Shown here piece after piece: positions 33,701-48,700 of a DNA stretch of 64,000 nt. Position 1 is the stretch's first letter, and every line of letters starts with the position of its first letter. This DNA comes from Alphaproteobacteria bacterium (GTDB taxonomy: Bacteria; Pseudomonadota; Alphaproteobacteria; JABAAW01): NCBI GenBank assembly GCA_965216605.1, contig CBDCGG010000002.1, positions 1,369,245 to 1,433,244 of the forward strand, read 5' to 3'. The translations under genes were made by a program, and so were the position numbers. The notes below the pieces were generated by a model, which was given only the letters and a program-made list of their open reading frames with translations, was not told where the DNA came from and made no database searches.

Positions 33701-36700
33701 TGAGTGTTGAGGTAGCACAACTCCAAGAAGCCTACACAGCCTTCGCGCGTGTTAATGCGCATACAGACTTTACCTACGTCCCCAGCGCCGATCCTGCCAA
33801 CGAGATAGAGGTGCTAGAAGCTGCTCTTGACGACAGTTTCTTCATCGATCTCTCCGCGCTCATCCCCGACTTTGGTACCAGCGGCAGTTTGTCCGATCTT
33901 TTGGCTTTAGGTCGCATCGCCTTCTTCAAGACGGGTACAGACTTGAAAATCATCTTTGTGGACGGAAGTGGCGAAATCGATGCTACAAACTCTCTGACCT
34001 TTAAGGATGTCTATGATGCAGGTGGCAACCCGATAGCAGATTTCGCCGCCTTGTCGGTCATCTTCCGCGACAGCTCTTTCAATGAGGTGCCATCCTCCGT
34101 GTCAGGGTTCGCAGCAGACCTCGCGGGTGTGACGGGAACAACGATCAATGGCGACACCTCCTTCTTCATCGACGGCGAGGTCGGCGACGACACGCGGGCA
34201 GACTTCTCCTCCTTGCTGACTGGCGGTAGGACGCTGACAGTCACACCTATTGAGGGTGTGGACGGAGTGTTGCTGGCTGTCGTCAAGGATGGGACAGATG
34301 TTTTCAAGAGCTACACGCTACGCAGCGTCGAGACGATCACGGGCGGCGATGGCGACGACACGCTCGCGGGCGATGCGGGAGAAAATGTCCTCATCGGCGG
34401 CTTGGGCGATGATACCTATGTCTTTACCGCAACAAGCGGCTTGGACACCATAGACGATCGCAATGGTGTCAATATCCTGCGCTTTGATGATGCTGCAGGT
34501 TTCGAACACTTCATCTCCTTCGAATTCGCTTTCAGCTCGCTCACGATCACATACGGCGCTTTAGACTCCCCCTCGACTTTGACCATCGGGGGTTATACGA
34601 CAGGAGCTTTCGTATTTCACGATAAGGATGGGAATGTTATCAATATCCTGCTGGATACAGATGAGAACGACTTCCTGGTGGGAGATGCCGCAGAAAACGA
34701 ATACTTGGCAGGTTTGGGCGGCGACGACAAGCTCGAAGGCTTGGCTGGTAGTAGCGACACGCTCGATGGTGGCGAGGGAACGGATACGGCTAGCTACGAA
34801 AACTTCGCTTTCGTGCAAGGTGTTGTGGTCGATCTTGCGAAGGGTGAGCAGACATCAGAAGGAGATTTGGATAACAAAGACACGCTCAAAAACATAGAAA
34901 ATGTCATCGGCTCGAATTTCGACGACATGCTCAAGGGCGACGGCAAGGTCAACACGCTCACTGGCGGCATGGGCGACGACATCCTCGAAGGCGGCGCGGG
35001 CGCAGATATGCTCGTCGGCGGCGGCGGAAGCGACACCGCGAGCTACGCGGGGTCATTGGATACGGATGGGGATAATTTAGGTGTTGCGGTCAGCTTGGTT
35101 GCAGGTGCTTCGAACACAGGCGACGATGCCGCGGGCGACACGTTCACAGGCATCGAGAACCTTAGAGGCTCGGCTTTCGGCGATACGCTAACGGGCAACG
35201 ACGAGACCAACAGGATAGAAGGCGGTGTAGGCACAGGCGGAGGAATAGACAGGCTGGAGGGAGGCGGCGGTGCCGACACCTTTGTCTATTACTACACAGT
35301 CGAAAGACAAGACGGAGTAGACGACATCCTTGACACAGTAACGGGAGACACGGACACGCTGGAAATTCGTATCGATGAAAGCAGCTATGATCGGGCCATG
35401 GATGTAGTTAACAATTCTACCGAGACCGGAACAGACAAAACCATAGCGACACTCAGAGCCATCGGCATCAATTCTGTCACTACGGAGGATAGCGGCGCTA
35501 GCTTCGTCTTTACTTTTGACAACGACAACAAGATCACGCTGCACAGAGACTCTGCGGTATCTCAGATAGAGATGCTCAGTATCGTCAACAACGATGCCCG
35601 TGCCGCATCCTTCAATATTATCGAGAGTGATATTAACGCCCTCTTCGATGGTCTCGTCGATATCGTTAACCCTATTGTCTTCAACGACCCCGATCCGACT
35701 TTGAGGGTTGATTCGTTCTCGGTAGCCTCAGAAGACTCTGTGTCGTTGGTAGCAGGCGATTTTAATGATGTCCTCATCGACATATCTGGCTGGTCTGCTA
35801 CGGGCGCGGATGCCATCGCTACACTGGCGGACATGTTGGCGTTATCAGACTTTACTTTAACGAAAGACGGAAACAATCTCGTTTTAACTTTCGGTGGCAG
35901 AAAAGATAGCGAAGACAATGATGTTGCTGACCTAACGCTCACGATTACGGATGCTTACATTGGTGATGCGATTCAGGACTTCGTCAAGGGCAAGGAGATC
36001 ACCTTCCGCTACGGTAGCGGTAATGCGGATACATTCACATGGGACACGGACAGCATCCTCTACGCGCCTACTAGGACAGAAGGCGGGGAGGATATCTACG
36101 AGTTCAATCAAGGAGACACCTATGCTGTTGAGGATCCGACCCTGACAAACGACCAGGTCGCCGATCTCAGCGCAACATCTGGGGGTATCTCTGAAAGAGT
36201 TCAAATCTCGTCCAACGACGATAGTACTTTTACCGTTGAAGTGACACGCCCTATTGCTCTCGGGTTCACCCCCTATGCCAGTTCCGATGAAGGTAGTCCT
36301 CTGAGGTTTCCTCTTCCGTCAATTGTTCTGAAGGACTTCGATACCATCGTAGGTAGCACAGGGTTCGACTTGCTGAGAGGAAACAATGTAGCCAACATCT
36401 TCAAAGGAGGAGAAGGGGGCGACTGGATCGAAGGAGCTGGTGGTGACGACACGCTTGAGGGCGGTGCAGGCGATGATGTGCTAATTGGTGGACTGGGCGA
36501 CGACACGCTTGAGGGCGGTGAGGACGATGATATGCTTATGGGTGGCGTGGGCGAAGACACGCTAACGGGCGGTGATGGCGCAGACACCTATGTCTATCAC
36601 TACATATACTCGCCTGGCGGGAGCAAAGACGGCATCGACGAGATCACGGAAGCAACAGAGGTAGGAGTCGTCAACACCATCCGCATCATTGTTGACGATT

Positions 36701-39700
36701 CTGTAACAAGGACCACATGGAGCGATTGGATAGTGGTGGCGCAAGATCCCGACAATGCCAAAGATGTAAGATTGAACATGATTAGCGCCTTGAACGACCC
36801 GGACACATTTCATTACATCATCCTGAAAGATGCTAATGATCTTATTAATATAAGAAACTTCGAGATCGAATTCGCTCGTTTAGCAGATCCTAATACCGTC
36901 ATCGACACACTCTCTGCCAGCGACTTGAGTACTGAGCTGTTTGGAGGAGAAACCATCGTTGGCAGCATCGGCTTACCCGACACTCTTGAGGTCGTCCCTG
37001 GAGATACAACCTCAGTTGCAGGAAACGACGGAGAAGAAGATACCATTTCGTTTGCAGCCTTCGACGATACCTATGAGGTTGATCTCTCCCTCATTGACGG
37101 CGACGGTGATGCTACAATTACCCACGCTACCAATCCCCCCCAAAACGTCAGGGTTTCCAATGTGCGTCACATCACGGGTAGTGGTGGCGACGACACGATC
37201 ACGGGCGATGGCGTAGACAACACACTTAAAGGTGGCGAGGGCGACGACGAACTTGGCGGCGGCGCGGGAGACGACACGCTCGACGGCGGCGAGGGCGACG
37301 ACATCCTTGACGGCGGCGTGGGAGACGATACGCTTGAGGGCGGCGTAGGCATCGATACCTATGTCTTTGACGGAACAAGCGGCGAGGACACGATCACAGA
37401 AGATGCGGAGAACGTTTCCAACATTCTGCACTTCAAAGACGCGACAGGCGGAGCAAATTGGCAGGAAGACTTCACCTTCACGCTCAGCACGCTTGGCGGC
37501 GTAGATACTCTCACGATCGACTTTGACGACGGCACTAGCAGTTCGACCGTGAATATTATTGACTACACAAAAGACAGATTCGAATTTCGCTACGGAGCAG
37601 GAGGTTCGACAGATATCCTCAATGTCGAGCTGGGGACGAATGGCAACGACGAGGGGGGCGAACCATTATTGGGGACTACAGGAGACGACTACCTGGCAGG
37701 CTTCGACGGGACAGACAGGCTCACAGGAGGCGGCGGAGACGATTGGCTCGTTGGCGGGCTCGGCACGGATACCTATGTCTTTGGAGGAGTAAGCGGAGAG
37801 GACACCATCATAGAAAAAGATTCTGGCGGCAACAGCATTCTGCGCTTCACAGACGCGACAACCGCAGTAGGTTGGCAGAACCAATTCACCTTCTTGCTCG
37901 ACAGCACAGGCAAAAACCTCACGATCAACTTTGAAAATGGCGCTTCGGCATCGACTATAAAAATCAACGATGTCTTCGATGCAGGAACTTTCCAAATACA
38001 GGGAAATGGTGGCGATGCTCTCTCTGTCATGTTTGGTACAGAGGCAGGAAGCACGGACGGAACCACATTGACAGGGAGTACAGCACCAGACAGTTCATAC
38101 TTGCTCGGCTTTGGCGGAGACGACATCTTTGTGGGTACCTCAGGCTCAGATACTTTCGACGGCGGCGACGGGGTCGATACGGTGGACTACTCCGCCTCCA
38201 CCGACGATATTAAGGTCGATCTCTCTGGAGACACTCTCAATACAGGCGTGTTGGTTGCAGATGACATATTTATTGACATAGAAAATGTCGTAGGAGGTTC
38301 GGGTGCAGACACGCTCGCGGGCGACGACAAAGACAACATACTCACAGGTGGAGCGGGCGACGACATGCTCATGGGCGGTGCGGGCGACGATACCTATATC
38401 TACAATGCAGGCGATGGAAAAGATTTGATCACGGACATCGAAGGTGTCAATACGATCAAAATCTATGTGTCCGACGCTAATCTTCAGAACCAGATAGACG
38501 CAGTAACCTTTACAAAAAATAACTTCTTTCACGAGCTCACTCTAATAGTGGGCGACTTAGATTTGGCTGATGGGAACCGCATTAAGGAAGATGACAATGC
38601 CAATGTCGATAGCGTATTACGCTTTGCTTTTGGACCTGACGATATCGTCGACATCCAAGGCAAGGGTATTGAAGCAGGTGCTATCTCCATAGAATTTATC
38701 AGCACAACAGACGCATCAGTGGGGACGATTAGTGCTGCCACATTGAAAAATATCTACTTTCCCGCCCAAGATTTCACCTACTCCGACGGTGGAGATGCTA
38801 CTTTTTCAGGAACAGGGGCTGTGACCATCGATGTCGATGGCTTGGGGATTGTTTTTGCAGCGACGGATGATACTTTAGACAAGCAGCTCAAAGTCTTGTT
38901 GCAGAGCGGAAAGTTCTCTTACGAAGTGACCGCGGGTAAAACCATTCTCAGTTTCGGCGAAAAAGGCAACTCAGCTCTTCCTATACAAACGGTCACCATG
39001 CTCGACTCGCAGACTGAAATAGTTTTCGAAAACGGAGGTGCAGAAACAGAATTGAAATTCACGGACACGAGCCCGAAGAGCTTCTTAGAGGCTTTGGACG
39101 AACTTACTATCCTTCACACTGAACAACTCGACGACGCTGGGCTCGTCGGCAATTATCTGGTATCAGGCACGACAGGAACAGGCGACACGGCGGACTTCTC
39201 AAATGTGGCGACAGCTAGTATCGTCATCGATCTTGAGGCTGGAACGGGGCTACTTAACTTTACCGACCTTGTCCGAGTGCTCAACATCGAGAACATCATC
39301 GGCGGCGGCGGCGCAGACACGCTTAAGGGCGACGACAACGACAACATGCTAGCGGGCGGCGCGGGCGACGACACCCTCACCGGCGGCGCGGGCGACGATA
39401 TGATTTCAGGTGATACGGGCGACGACACCCTTGAAGGCGGCATGGGTACAGACACCCTAGAGGGCGGCGCGGGCGCAGATACCTATGTCTATCACTACAT
39501 AAATGGAGGCAGACAAGACGGAAAAGACACGATCAACACAGAGGGGACTGCGGGCAATATCATCGAAATCCATGTTGCCGACAATACCTTCAAATGGGGC
39601 AATGGCGAAGATATCTATTTCGCTGTGCACAAGGTGGGCGATGTTATTTCCGATACCCTAGTGCGCATCGCCTTCAAAGGCGATAGCGACAACTACATCG

Positions 39701-42700
39701 TCTTGAACAGAGTCGACCTCGATAACAACGGAGATATTGACGCGGGAGATTCAAATTTTGAACTGGAAATCGTTCATGAAAACGATTCATCGACCGTATC
39801 GATATCGGCAGCAGATCTCAATACCGCTTACGACGATTTTCTTATCAGCATAACCCCTAATATCTACGACTACGCTACAGCTGCCAATACCGTCTCTTAT
39901 AACAATATGGGAGCTGTGATCATCGATATCGGTGATATCGGAACGGATCTTGGCTTGGGGCTTACTTTGGGAGGGACAGATCTGCAGGCAGACCTCACAA
40001 CCTTGCTGTCGAGCGGACAATTCTTTTACGAAGTGGATACGCTCAATAACAAGATCGTTTTCACCTTCGGTGGCAAAGAAATCACGCCAGGAGTCTTATC
40101 AGAAGTAAAGACGCTCATGATTAACAACGCCCCACACCCTGACATCACTTTCCAAAATGGAGGTGAGGACACCACATTGTTGGAATTCACGAATGACGGG
40201 ATGAATTTCCTAACGCTTGCTGATGTCTATACTCTCCGTGCGAATGCGGACAATAACTACATCGTCACCCTCACCGATATAGAAGACATAAATTTGATCG
40301 TAGGTTCTTCAGTAGTTGGACAAGACGACACGGCGGATTTCTCAGCATTCACGACTACTGTATTTGCCGATCTTGCAGGTAGAGCAATACAAAACGGTGC
40401 AGCTGCTATTGTCAACATCGAGAACATCATCGGCGGAAGTTCCTTCGACGTACTCACGGGCGACAAGCAGGATAACAAATTAGAAGGTAGGGCAGAGGCT
40501 GACTACTTAGTAGGTGGCGGAGGCAACGACATCTTGGAAGGCGGCGATGGAGACGACTTCCTCTACGGCGGCACTTTATCCGACGATACAGAGATAGGAG
40601 AAGACACGCTGGAAGGCGGCGCGGGAGCAGACACCCTCACGGGCGGCTATGGCGCGGATACTTATGTCTATCACTACACAACCGCAAGACAAGATGGCGC
40701 GGACATGATCACGGAAGTCGATGAGCTGGCTGTCGTCAACACCATTAGGATCTATGTCGACGGCACGAACGCATGGGGCAGTGGAATCGCTTTCAAGACT
40801 GGCGACGACAATCATGTGCGCATTGCCTTCGAAGATGCCGATACCAACTCCATCCTCTTGTCTAAGGACGATCTTGTGAACGAAAGATTCCAACTGGAAA
40901 TCATGAAATCCGATGGCACGATCGACAACACTATCGACGAGGCGAGCGAACTCAAGACGGCTTACGAAGATTTTGTAGCTGCGAATACCGATCAAACATA
41001 TTCCTACGATACTGCAGGCACAACTGCCTCTCTGACGAGTACAGGGCCCGTGGAAATCGATCTTGGTAGTTTGGTCAACTTTACAGGGATAACGGGTTTC
41101 GACGCTCAACTAGAACATTTGCTGGCGAGCGGAGAATTCTCTTACGAAGTGACTGCAAGCACGATCGTTTTCACCTTCGGCGGCAAGAATTTCGGCGAGC
41201 CGGGTAGCGAGATAGAAAAGACGCTCACGATTAACAACCCGTCACCCAATATCAAGTTTGCAGGCACAGGCTTAGATATAGCAAGCACAGACTTGGAGTT
41301 TACGGCTGGTAACTTCATAACGATGTTGAATGACTATACTATCAATGCGGACGACTTCTACGCGGTCATCGACGCAAACAAAGGCGACGCTTACCTGATC
41401 TCAGGCTCCTCTGCCGACACGGACGATACGGTGAGTTTCTCATCGGTGACGACGGATGGTGTCGTGCTCAATCTTGCGAAGAAGACGGGCATGTTGGACT
41501 CGCATGTCGTGAGGGTTGACAACATCGAGAACATCGTAGGTTCCAATCAGGCCGACACGCTCACGGGCGACGACAATGCCAACACGATCGAAGGCGGCGT
41601 TGGCGACGACATCCTCACAGGCGGCGGAGGAGAAGACACGCTAGAGGGCGGCGATGGCGCGGATACCCTCACGGGCGGCGAGGGAGACGACATCCTTCAA
41701 GGCGGCGCAGGCGCGGATACCTATGTCTTTAGCGGAGCAAGCGGCGAGGACACCATAACAGAAGATGCGGAGGATATTTCCAACATTTTACGCTTCGAAG
41801 ATGTGACAGGGTTGGAAGACTTCACCTCCTTCACGCTCGACAGCGGCGGCACAAAACTAACGATCGTCTTTGGCAGCAATACAGTGATCATTGATGGTTA
41901 TACAAAAGCCAGGTTCGAATTTCAGTATGGAACAGCAGGAACGACCACAACCTTCAATGTCGAACTGGGGACAGCGGGTGTCGACACCTTGTCGGGGAGC
42001 GCGGAAGAGGACTACCTGCTCGGCTTTGCAGACGACGACATCCTTATGGGCAGCGCAGGGGCAGACACGCTCGACGGCGGCGGAGGTAGCGGCGATACGG
42101 TGGATTACTCCGCCTCCACCGATGCTGTCACCGTCGATCTAAACGTTATAGGCGATGCAAAACCCTCTGGCGGAGACGCAGAAGGCGACACGCTTAAGAA
42201 TATTGAAAACATCATCGGCTCGGATAATACTGTGACGGGAGACACGCTCACGGGCAGTGGCTTTCAAAACACCCTCCAAGGCGGCGCGGGAGACGACAAA
42301 CTCTACGGCAACAGAGGAAACGACACGCTTGAGGGTGGCGATGGCAACGACACGCTCGACGGAGGCGTGGGCGCAGACACGCTTGAGGGCGGCGCGGGAG
42401 ACGACACGCTCGATGGCGGCGATGGAGCAGACACGCTTGAGGGTGGCGCGGGAGACGACACGCTCGATGGCGGCGTGGGCGCAGACACATATATCTATAA
42501 CTACATAGATGGAGGCAGCCAAGACGGAAAAGACACGATCACAGAGGTGGATGGGGGCAATATCATTGAACTGCGTATTTCCTCCAGCGATACTATCAAA
42601 TGGGGTGTAGGCGAGCTTATCTATTTCAAGACTCACGATAATGACAAGGTGCGCATTGACTTCGGGGGCGGCTTGACCGATTACATCATCTTGGATAGGA

Positions 42701-45700
42701 ACGATTTAAGTAATGGCAACGAAAGGTTCACCTTGAAAATTCAAGATGTGGACGGCAACGATATCGTAGGTGCCGACGCTCCTGCTGACGCAGCGGAGCT
42801 GAGTGCCGCTTACATCGCGTTTGCATTGACGGAAGTCCCCCAGGGCGATTACACCTACACAGCGTCGGGAACAAACACAGATAAGCTAGCTGGGGGAGCT
42901 TTTAACATCGATATCAGCGCGCTGATAGTTTTTAATTCTTCTGATACCAAGGAGATGCAACTCCAAAAGTTGCTGGCGAGCGGACAATTCTCTTACGAAG
43001 TGAATGCCGCCAACCAACTCGTTCTCACCTTCGGCAGAGGTAGCACTAAAGAGACGCTCACGCTCGACAACGGTAACCCGCTACCCGATATCACTTTCGT
43101 AAATGTAGATGTGCCCACAAAATTGGTGTTCAAGACCATAGGAACGTCAAACTTTCTAACGGAGTTGAATGCCCTTACTATCAATGATCTCGATGTTCCA
43201 ATTACCGATGCCGAGCTGAGCGTAAATTATCTTGTAGCAGGTACCGATGGGCCGAGCGACACGGCAGATTTCTCAATGGTGACGGGTGCGCTCGATCTCA
43301 ACCTTGTGACGGGAAAGGCAACCTTGAACGGAAACATTGCGGGGCTTGGCAATATCGAAAACCTCAATGGCGGCAGTGGCGACGACACGATCTTGGGCGA
43401 CAGCAATGCCAACACGCTCGATGGCGGCGCGGGCAACGACACCTTGGAAGGTGGCGAAGGCGCAGACACGCTGCTGGGCGGCGCGGGGACAGATACGGCG
43501 AGCTACGAAAATTATGTAAGGGCTGGCGGCATTACAAATGGTGTCACCGTAGATCTCCGCCGCAAAGGTTCTTTTGCGCAGGTGGATGACTTCAATAGTA
43601 GAGTTGATAACGGAGACGCAGCGGGCGACATGCTTACGGACATTGAAAACATCATCGGCTCGAATCACAACGACATCCTCAGGGGCGACGACGACACCAA
43701 CATGATCGAAGGAGGTTTGGGCGACGACTTCCTCTACGGCTTCGATGGAGTAGACACGCTAAAAGGCGGTGCGGGTAGAGACGAAATCCACGGCGGCGCG
43801 GGAGAAGACGACCTCGACGGCGGCGCAGACGAAGACACCCTCTCCTACAATAACGAGATTATAACTAAGATTATAGCTGGAATTGCTGTTGGAATTGGGA
43901 TTGATGTTGATCTGGATGTAGGAGGCGAACAAAAGGCGTACAACTATGTGGAGGGAGCGCGTGACACTGAGCGCGACACGATCTCCAACTTTGAAAATGT
44001 GGTCGGCACCCAATACGACGATATACTAAGGGGCAACGCGGGGGACAACACACTCGAAGGCGGCTTGGGCGATGATATCTTGGAGGGTGGCGCAGGCAAT
44101 GACAGGCTGTTAGGTAGCAGCGGTAGCGATACGGCGAGCTATGAAAACTCCAATGCTTTTGTCGAGGTCAGTCTTTTGAGTGGGGGTACTATTAGAGGCG
44201 GACACGCAGCAAACGACATGCTTCTGAGTATCGAAAATCTCATCGGCTCGGATCACAACGACATCCTCACGGGCGACGACAAAACCACCCTCGGCGAGAC
44301 CAACAAGCTCGAAGGCGGCTTGGGCGACGATATGATACACGGCGGCTTGGGCGACGATATCCTCGATGGCGGGGGCGGATCAGACACCCTCTCTTACGCG
44401 GGCGAGGGCAAAGGGGTTGCCGTCGATCTAAGAGTGGACATTTTGTTGGGCATAACACAGACGGCAAGAGACTATGTAGCTGGTGTTGTTCAGTTCAGGC
44501 GCGACACGATCTCCAACTTTGAAAATGTGATCGGTAGCACGAAGGACGATAAGCTAACGGGCGACGGCGGAGTCAACAAGATCGAAGGCGGCGCGGGCGA
44601 CGACGAAATCGACGGCGGCGCGAGCGACGACACCCTCTACGGCGGCGCAGGAGCAGACACGATCATGGGCGGCACAGGCGACGACACGATCGAAGGCGGC
44701 GAGGGCGACGACATACTCGACGGTGGCGCAGGAGGCGACATACTAGACGGCGGCGGCGGCAGCGATACGGTGGACTACTCCGCCTCCTCCAACGCTGTCA
44801 TTGTCGATCTTTCTGACACGAACCTTGCAGGCGAGGTAAAACCCTCTGGCGGAGACGCAGCAGGCGACACGCTTAAGAGTATTGAAAACATCATCGGCTC
44901 GGATGATACTGTGACGGGCGACACGCTCACGGGTAGTGGATTTGCTAATATGATCGACGGCGGTGCGGGCAACGACGAAATCTACGGCGGCGCGAGCGAC
45001 GACACCCTCTACGGCGGCACAGGAGACGACATGCTCGACGGCGGCGCAGGAGCAGACACGATCATGGGCGGCGAGGGCGACGACACGATCAAAGGCGGCG
45101 CAGGCGACGACGAACTTCACGGCGGTGCGGGCACAGGCGACACCATCTCATACGCGGGCGAGGTTAGTGCGGTTGTTGTCAACCTCAACGACGGAGGCAC
45201 GCAGACCTCTACGCTCGACAGCACTATTGACGGCTTTGAAAATATCATCGGCTCGGATGATACTGTGACGGGCGACACGCTCACGGGCGACAGCGGAGTC
45301 AACAAGATCGAAGGTGGCGCGGGAGACGACATACTCGACGGTGGCGCAGGAGGCGACATGCTAGACGGCGGCGACGGCAGCGATACGGTGGACTACTCCG
45401 CCTCCACCGACGCTGTCACTGTCGATCTCTCTGACGCTGATGCCGAGGAAGACGGAGACGCAGCGGGCGACACGCTTAAGAACATCGAAAACCTCATCGG
45501 CTCGGATAATACTGTGACGGGCGACACGCTCACGGGTAGTGGCTTTCAAAACATTCTCCAAGGCGGCGCGGGAGACGACAAACTCTACGGCAAGAGAGGA
45601 AACGACACGCTTGAGGGTGACGATGGAGACGACACGCTAGACGGAGGCGTGGGCGCGGACACGCTTGAGGGCGGCGCGGGAGACGACATGCTCGTGGGTG

Positions 45701-48700
45701 GCACAGGCGCAGACATCTATGTCTATCACTTCACAACCGCAGGAACCGTACGGAAAGACGGCATCGACACGATCACGGAGGTGGATGCGGATAACATCAT
45801 TCGCCTCTATGTCGACAACCCTGCAACCGCTTGGGGCGCGGGTAATACTGTCTATTTCGAGCATGACCCCCTCGACCTCAACAAGGTGCGCATCGCCTTC
45901 GATGCCACCAACTACCTTGAGTTCGATTCGGCTGATTTCGTGGCTGAAAGATTCAAACTGGAAATCTACAACGCAGCCACGGGTATAAAAACAGAACTCA
46001 CGGATATTGACGAGGCTGCTGAGCTCGCGGAAGCTTATCGTGAGAGCAAGCCCAAGTTTTACACCTACGGTGGAAGCGATGATGCCGACCTGACGGGTAC
46101 AGGGAAGGTGACTTTCACTATCGACGGTTTGCTGACGGGTCTAACTAAATTCTCTCCACCCACGACTCTTGACGATCAGATTAAGGAGTTGCTGTCGAGT
46201 GGAAGGCTCTCTTACGAAGTGAAGGGCGAAGATACCGTGGGTGATGCTTCCGACGACCAGCTCATTCTCACCTTCGGCGATGGCACTACGGAATTTCCCG
46301 TAGAGACCGTTACCCTCAGTCTTGAGACGCCTGAGGTTGAATTCGCAGGCACGCTGTTGGACTTCACTTCTTTCGATGCCTTGCGCTTGAAGCTGACTGC
46401 CTTTGCTGTAACTACGCCTAACGCTGATGGCAATTACGAAGTCGGAGACGATATTTTCCTTATCGAAGGCTCTGATAGGACGGACGATACGGCGGACTTC
46501 TCAGGAGTGAGCGTTGCTGTTGATATCGATCTTGAGGCTGAAGAAGGAACCTTGTATAACACGCCACCAACCCGAGTCATTGTGCGCTACATTGAGAACC
46601 TCATCGGCTCAGCTCAGGACGATATCCTCACGGGCGATGACAAGGATAACATCCTCGAAGGCGGCGACGGAGCAGATACGATAGAAGGAGGCGGGGGCGA
46701 AGATACGGCGAGCTACGAAAACGCCGCTTCAGGTGTCACGCTCGATCTTTCTGACCGCTCTAACGATGTAGGAGACGCAATAGGCGATACTTTTACCGAA
46801 ATCGAAAGGTTACTTGGCTCGGATCACGACGACACATTTACGGGCGACGGCAATGACAACATCTTTGACGGCGGTGCTGGCAACGACATGCTCACGGGTG
46901 GAGCGGGAGCAGACACGCTCGACGGCGGCGATGGGACAGATACGGCGAGCTACACCGGTTCCGACGACGGCGTTGTGGTCGAACTCTATAACATAAACAG
47001 TGAAGACGAGGTAACACCCTCTGGCGGCGACGCAGAAGGCGACACGCTTAAGAACATCGAAAACCTCATCGGCTCAGATCACGACGATGTGCTTACGGGC
47101 GACAGCGGAGTCAATAGGCTCACGGGTGGCGCGGGAGACGACATCTTGGAGGGCCGTGCGGGAGCAGATACGCTTGACGGTGGCGATGGTAGCGATACGG
47201 CGAGCTACAAATCCTCTACTGCTGTTACGGTCGATCTCCGAAATACGGGAAGACAGGGGTCATTCGGAGACGCAGCACAAGACACACTGATTAACATCGA
47301 AAATGTCATCGGCTCGGCTGGTGTCGATGCGCTCACGGGCAACGACGGGGACAACATCCTCGAAGGCGGTGCGGGCGGCGACACGATCGATGGCGGCGGG
47401 GGTAGCGATACCGTAAGCTACAAAAACGCTGCCGCGGCTGTAGCTGTCTATCTCGGTCAAGGAGAAGCACCTGGTGAATCAGGGGTGCAACAAAACCAAT
47501 ACATTGACAACTTTTTTGTTTTGGGGACAATTTATCAATCTGGAGACGCAGAAGGCGACGAGATTTCGAATATTGAAAACATTATCGGCTCGGATCACGA
47601 CGACTTTCTCAGGGGCGACAAAAATGACAACATCATTGACGGCGGCTTGGGTGCAGACATAATCTTGGGTGGGAGCGATGGGACAGATACGGTTAGCTAC
47701 AAAAACTCCGCTTCCGCTGTTACAGTTTATCTTGATGATCTTAGCGCAGAGTCTGGTGGAGACGCAGAAGGCGACAGGCTTTCAGGCATTGAGAACTTCA
47801 TCGGTTCAAGGTTCGACGACAAATTCAGGGGGACCAGCGGGATCGTAGATAATGTCTTCGAAGGTGGCTTGGGCGCAGACACGATCTACGGCGGCTCAGG
47901 TAGCGATACGGCGAGCTATGAAAGCTCCGCCTTGGCGGTCAATGTCGATCTCTCGATCACAGGTGCGCAGGCAGCAAACTACAACCCCCTCGATCTCACC
48001 AGCCCCGTCAACGGAGACGCAGTAGGCGACATACTTACGAGCATCGAAAACCTCCTCGGCTCGAAGCACGACGATGTGCTTACGGGCAACAGCGGAGCCA
48101 ATACGCTCGCGGGCGGCGCGGGCGCAGACACCTTGCAAGGCGGCGGGGGCAGCGATACGGCGAGCTATGAAAGCTCCGCCTTGGCGGTCAATGTCAATCT
48201 CGCTAGATCAGGTGCGCAGGAAAATCTGTTCAATGGAGAGGACAACGGAGACGCAGCAGGCGACATACTTACGAGCATCGAAAACCTCCTCGGCTCGGCT
48301 TTCGACGATACGCTCATAGGCAACAACGGGAACAACATCCTTACAGGCGGCGCGGGCGCAGACACCTTGCAAAGTGGCACGGGCGCAGACACGCTCGAAG
48401 GTGGCACGGGCAACGACATCTTGGAAGGTGGGGATGATACAGACACCTATATCTTCTCAAAAGGACATGACGCAGATACCATCATCGATACACCTGCTGG
48501 ACTTTCCCCTTCACTTATTCTGCGATTTGAAGGTGTCGGTTATTCTAAGTCCGATTTCACCTCTGCTATCTTTACCAAAGATATTGATGATAGTAATCAC
48601 CTCGTAATCGACTTGGACTCCGGTGATAACGACAAAATAACAATCGAAAATTTTTATAATGGAGGAGCGGTGTATTCACTCTACATCTCAATCACCGCTA

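Noticed and set aside
18867-48607. Dozens of short antisense or alternate-frame ORFs (SSPAPPSSVS-type) inside the giant gene
   Set aside because: They are shadows of the GGC-GGC-GCG-GGC-GAC-GAC repeat codons and show no independent coding signal.
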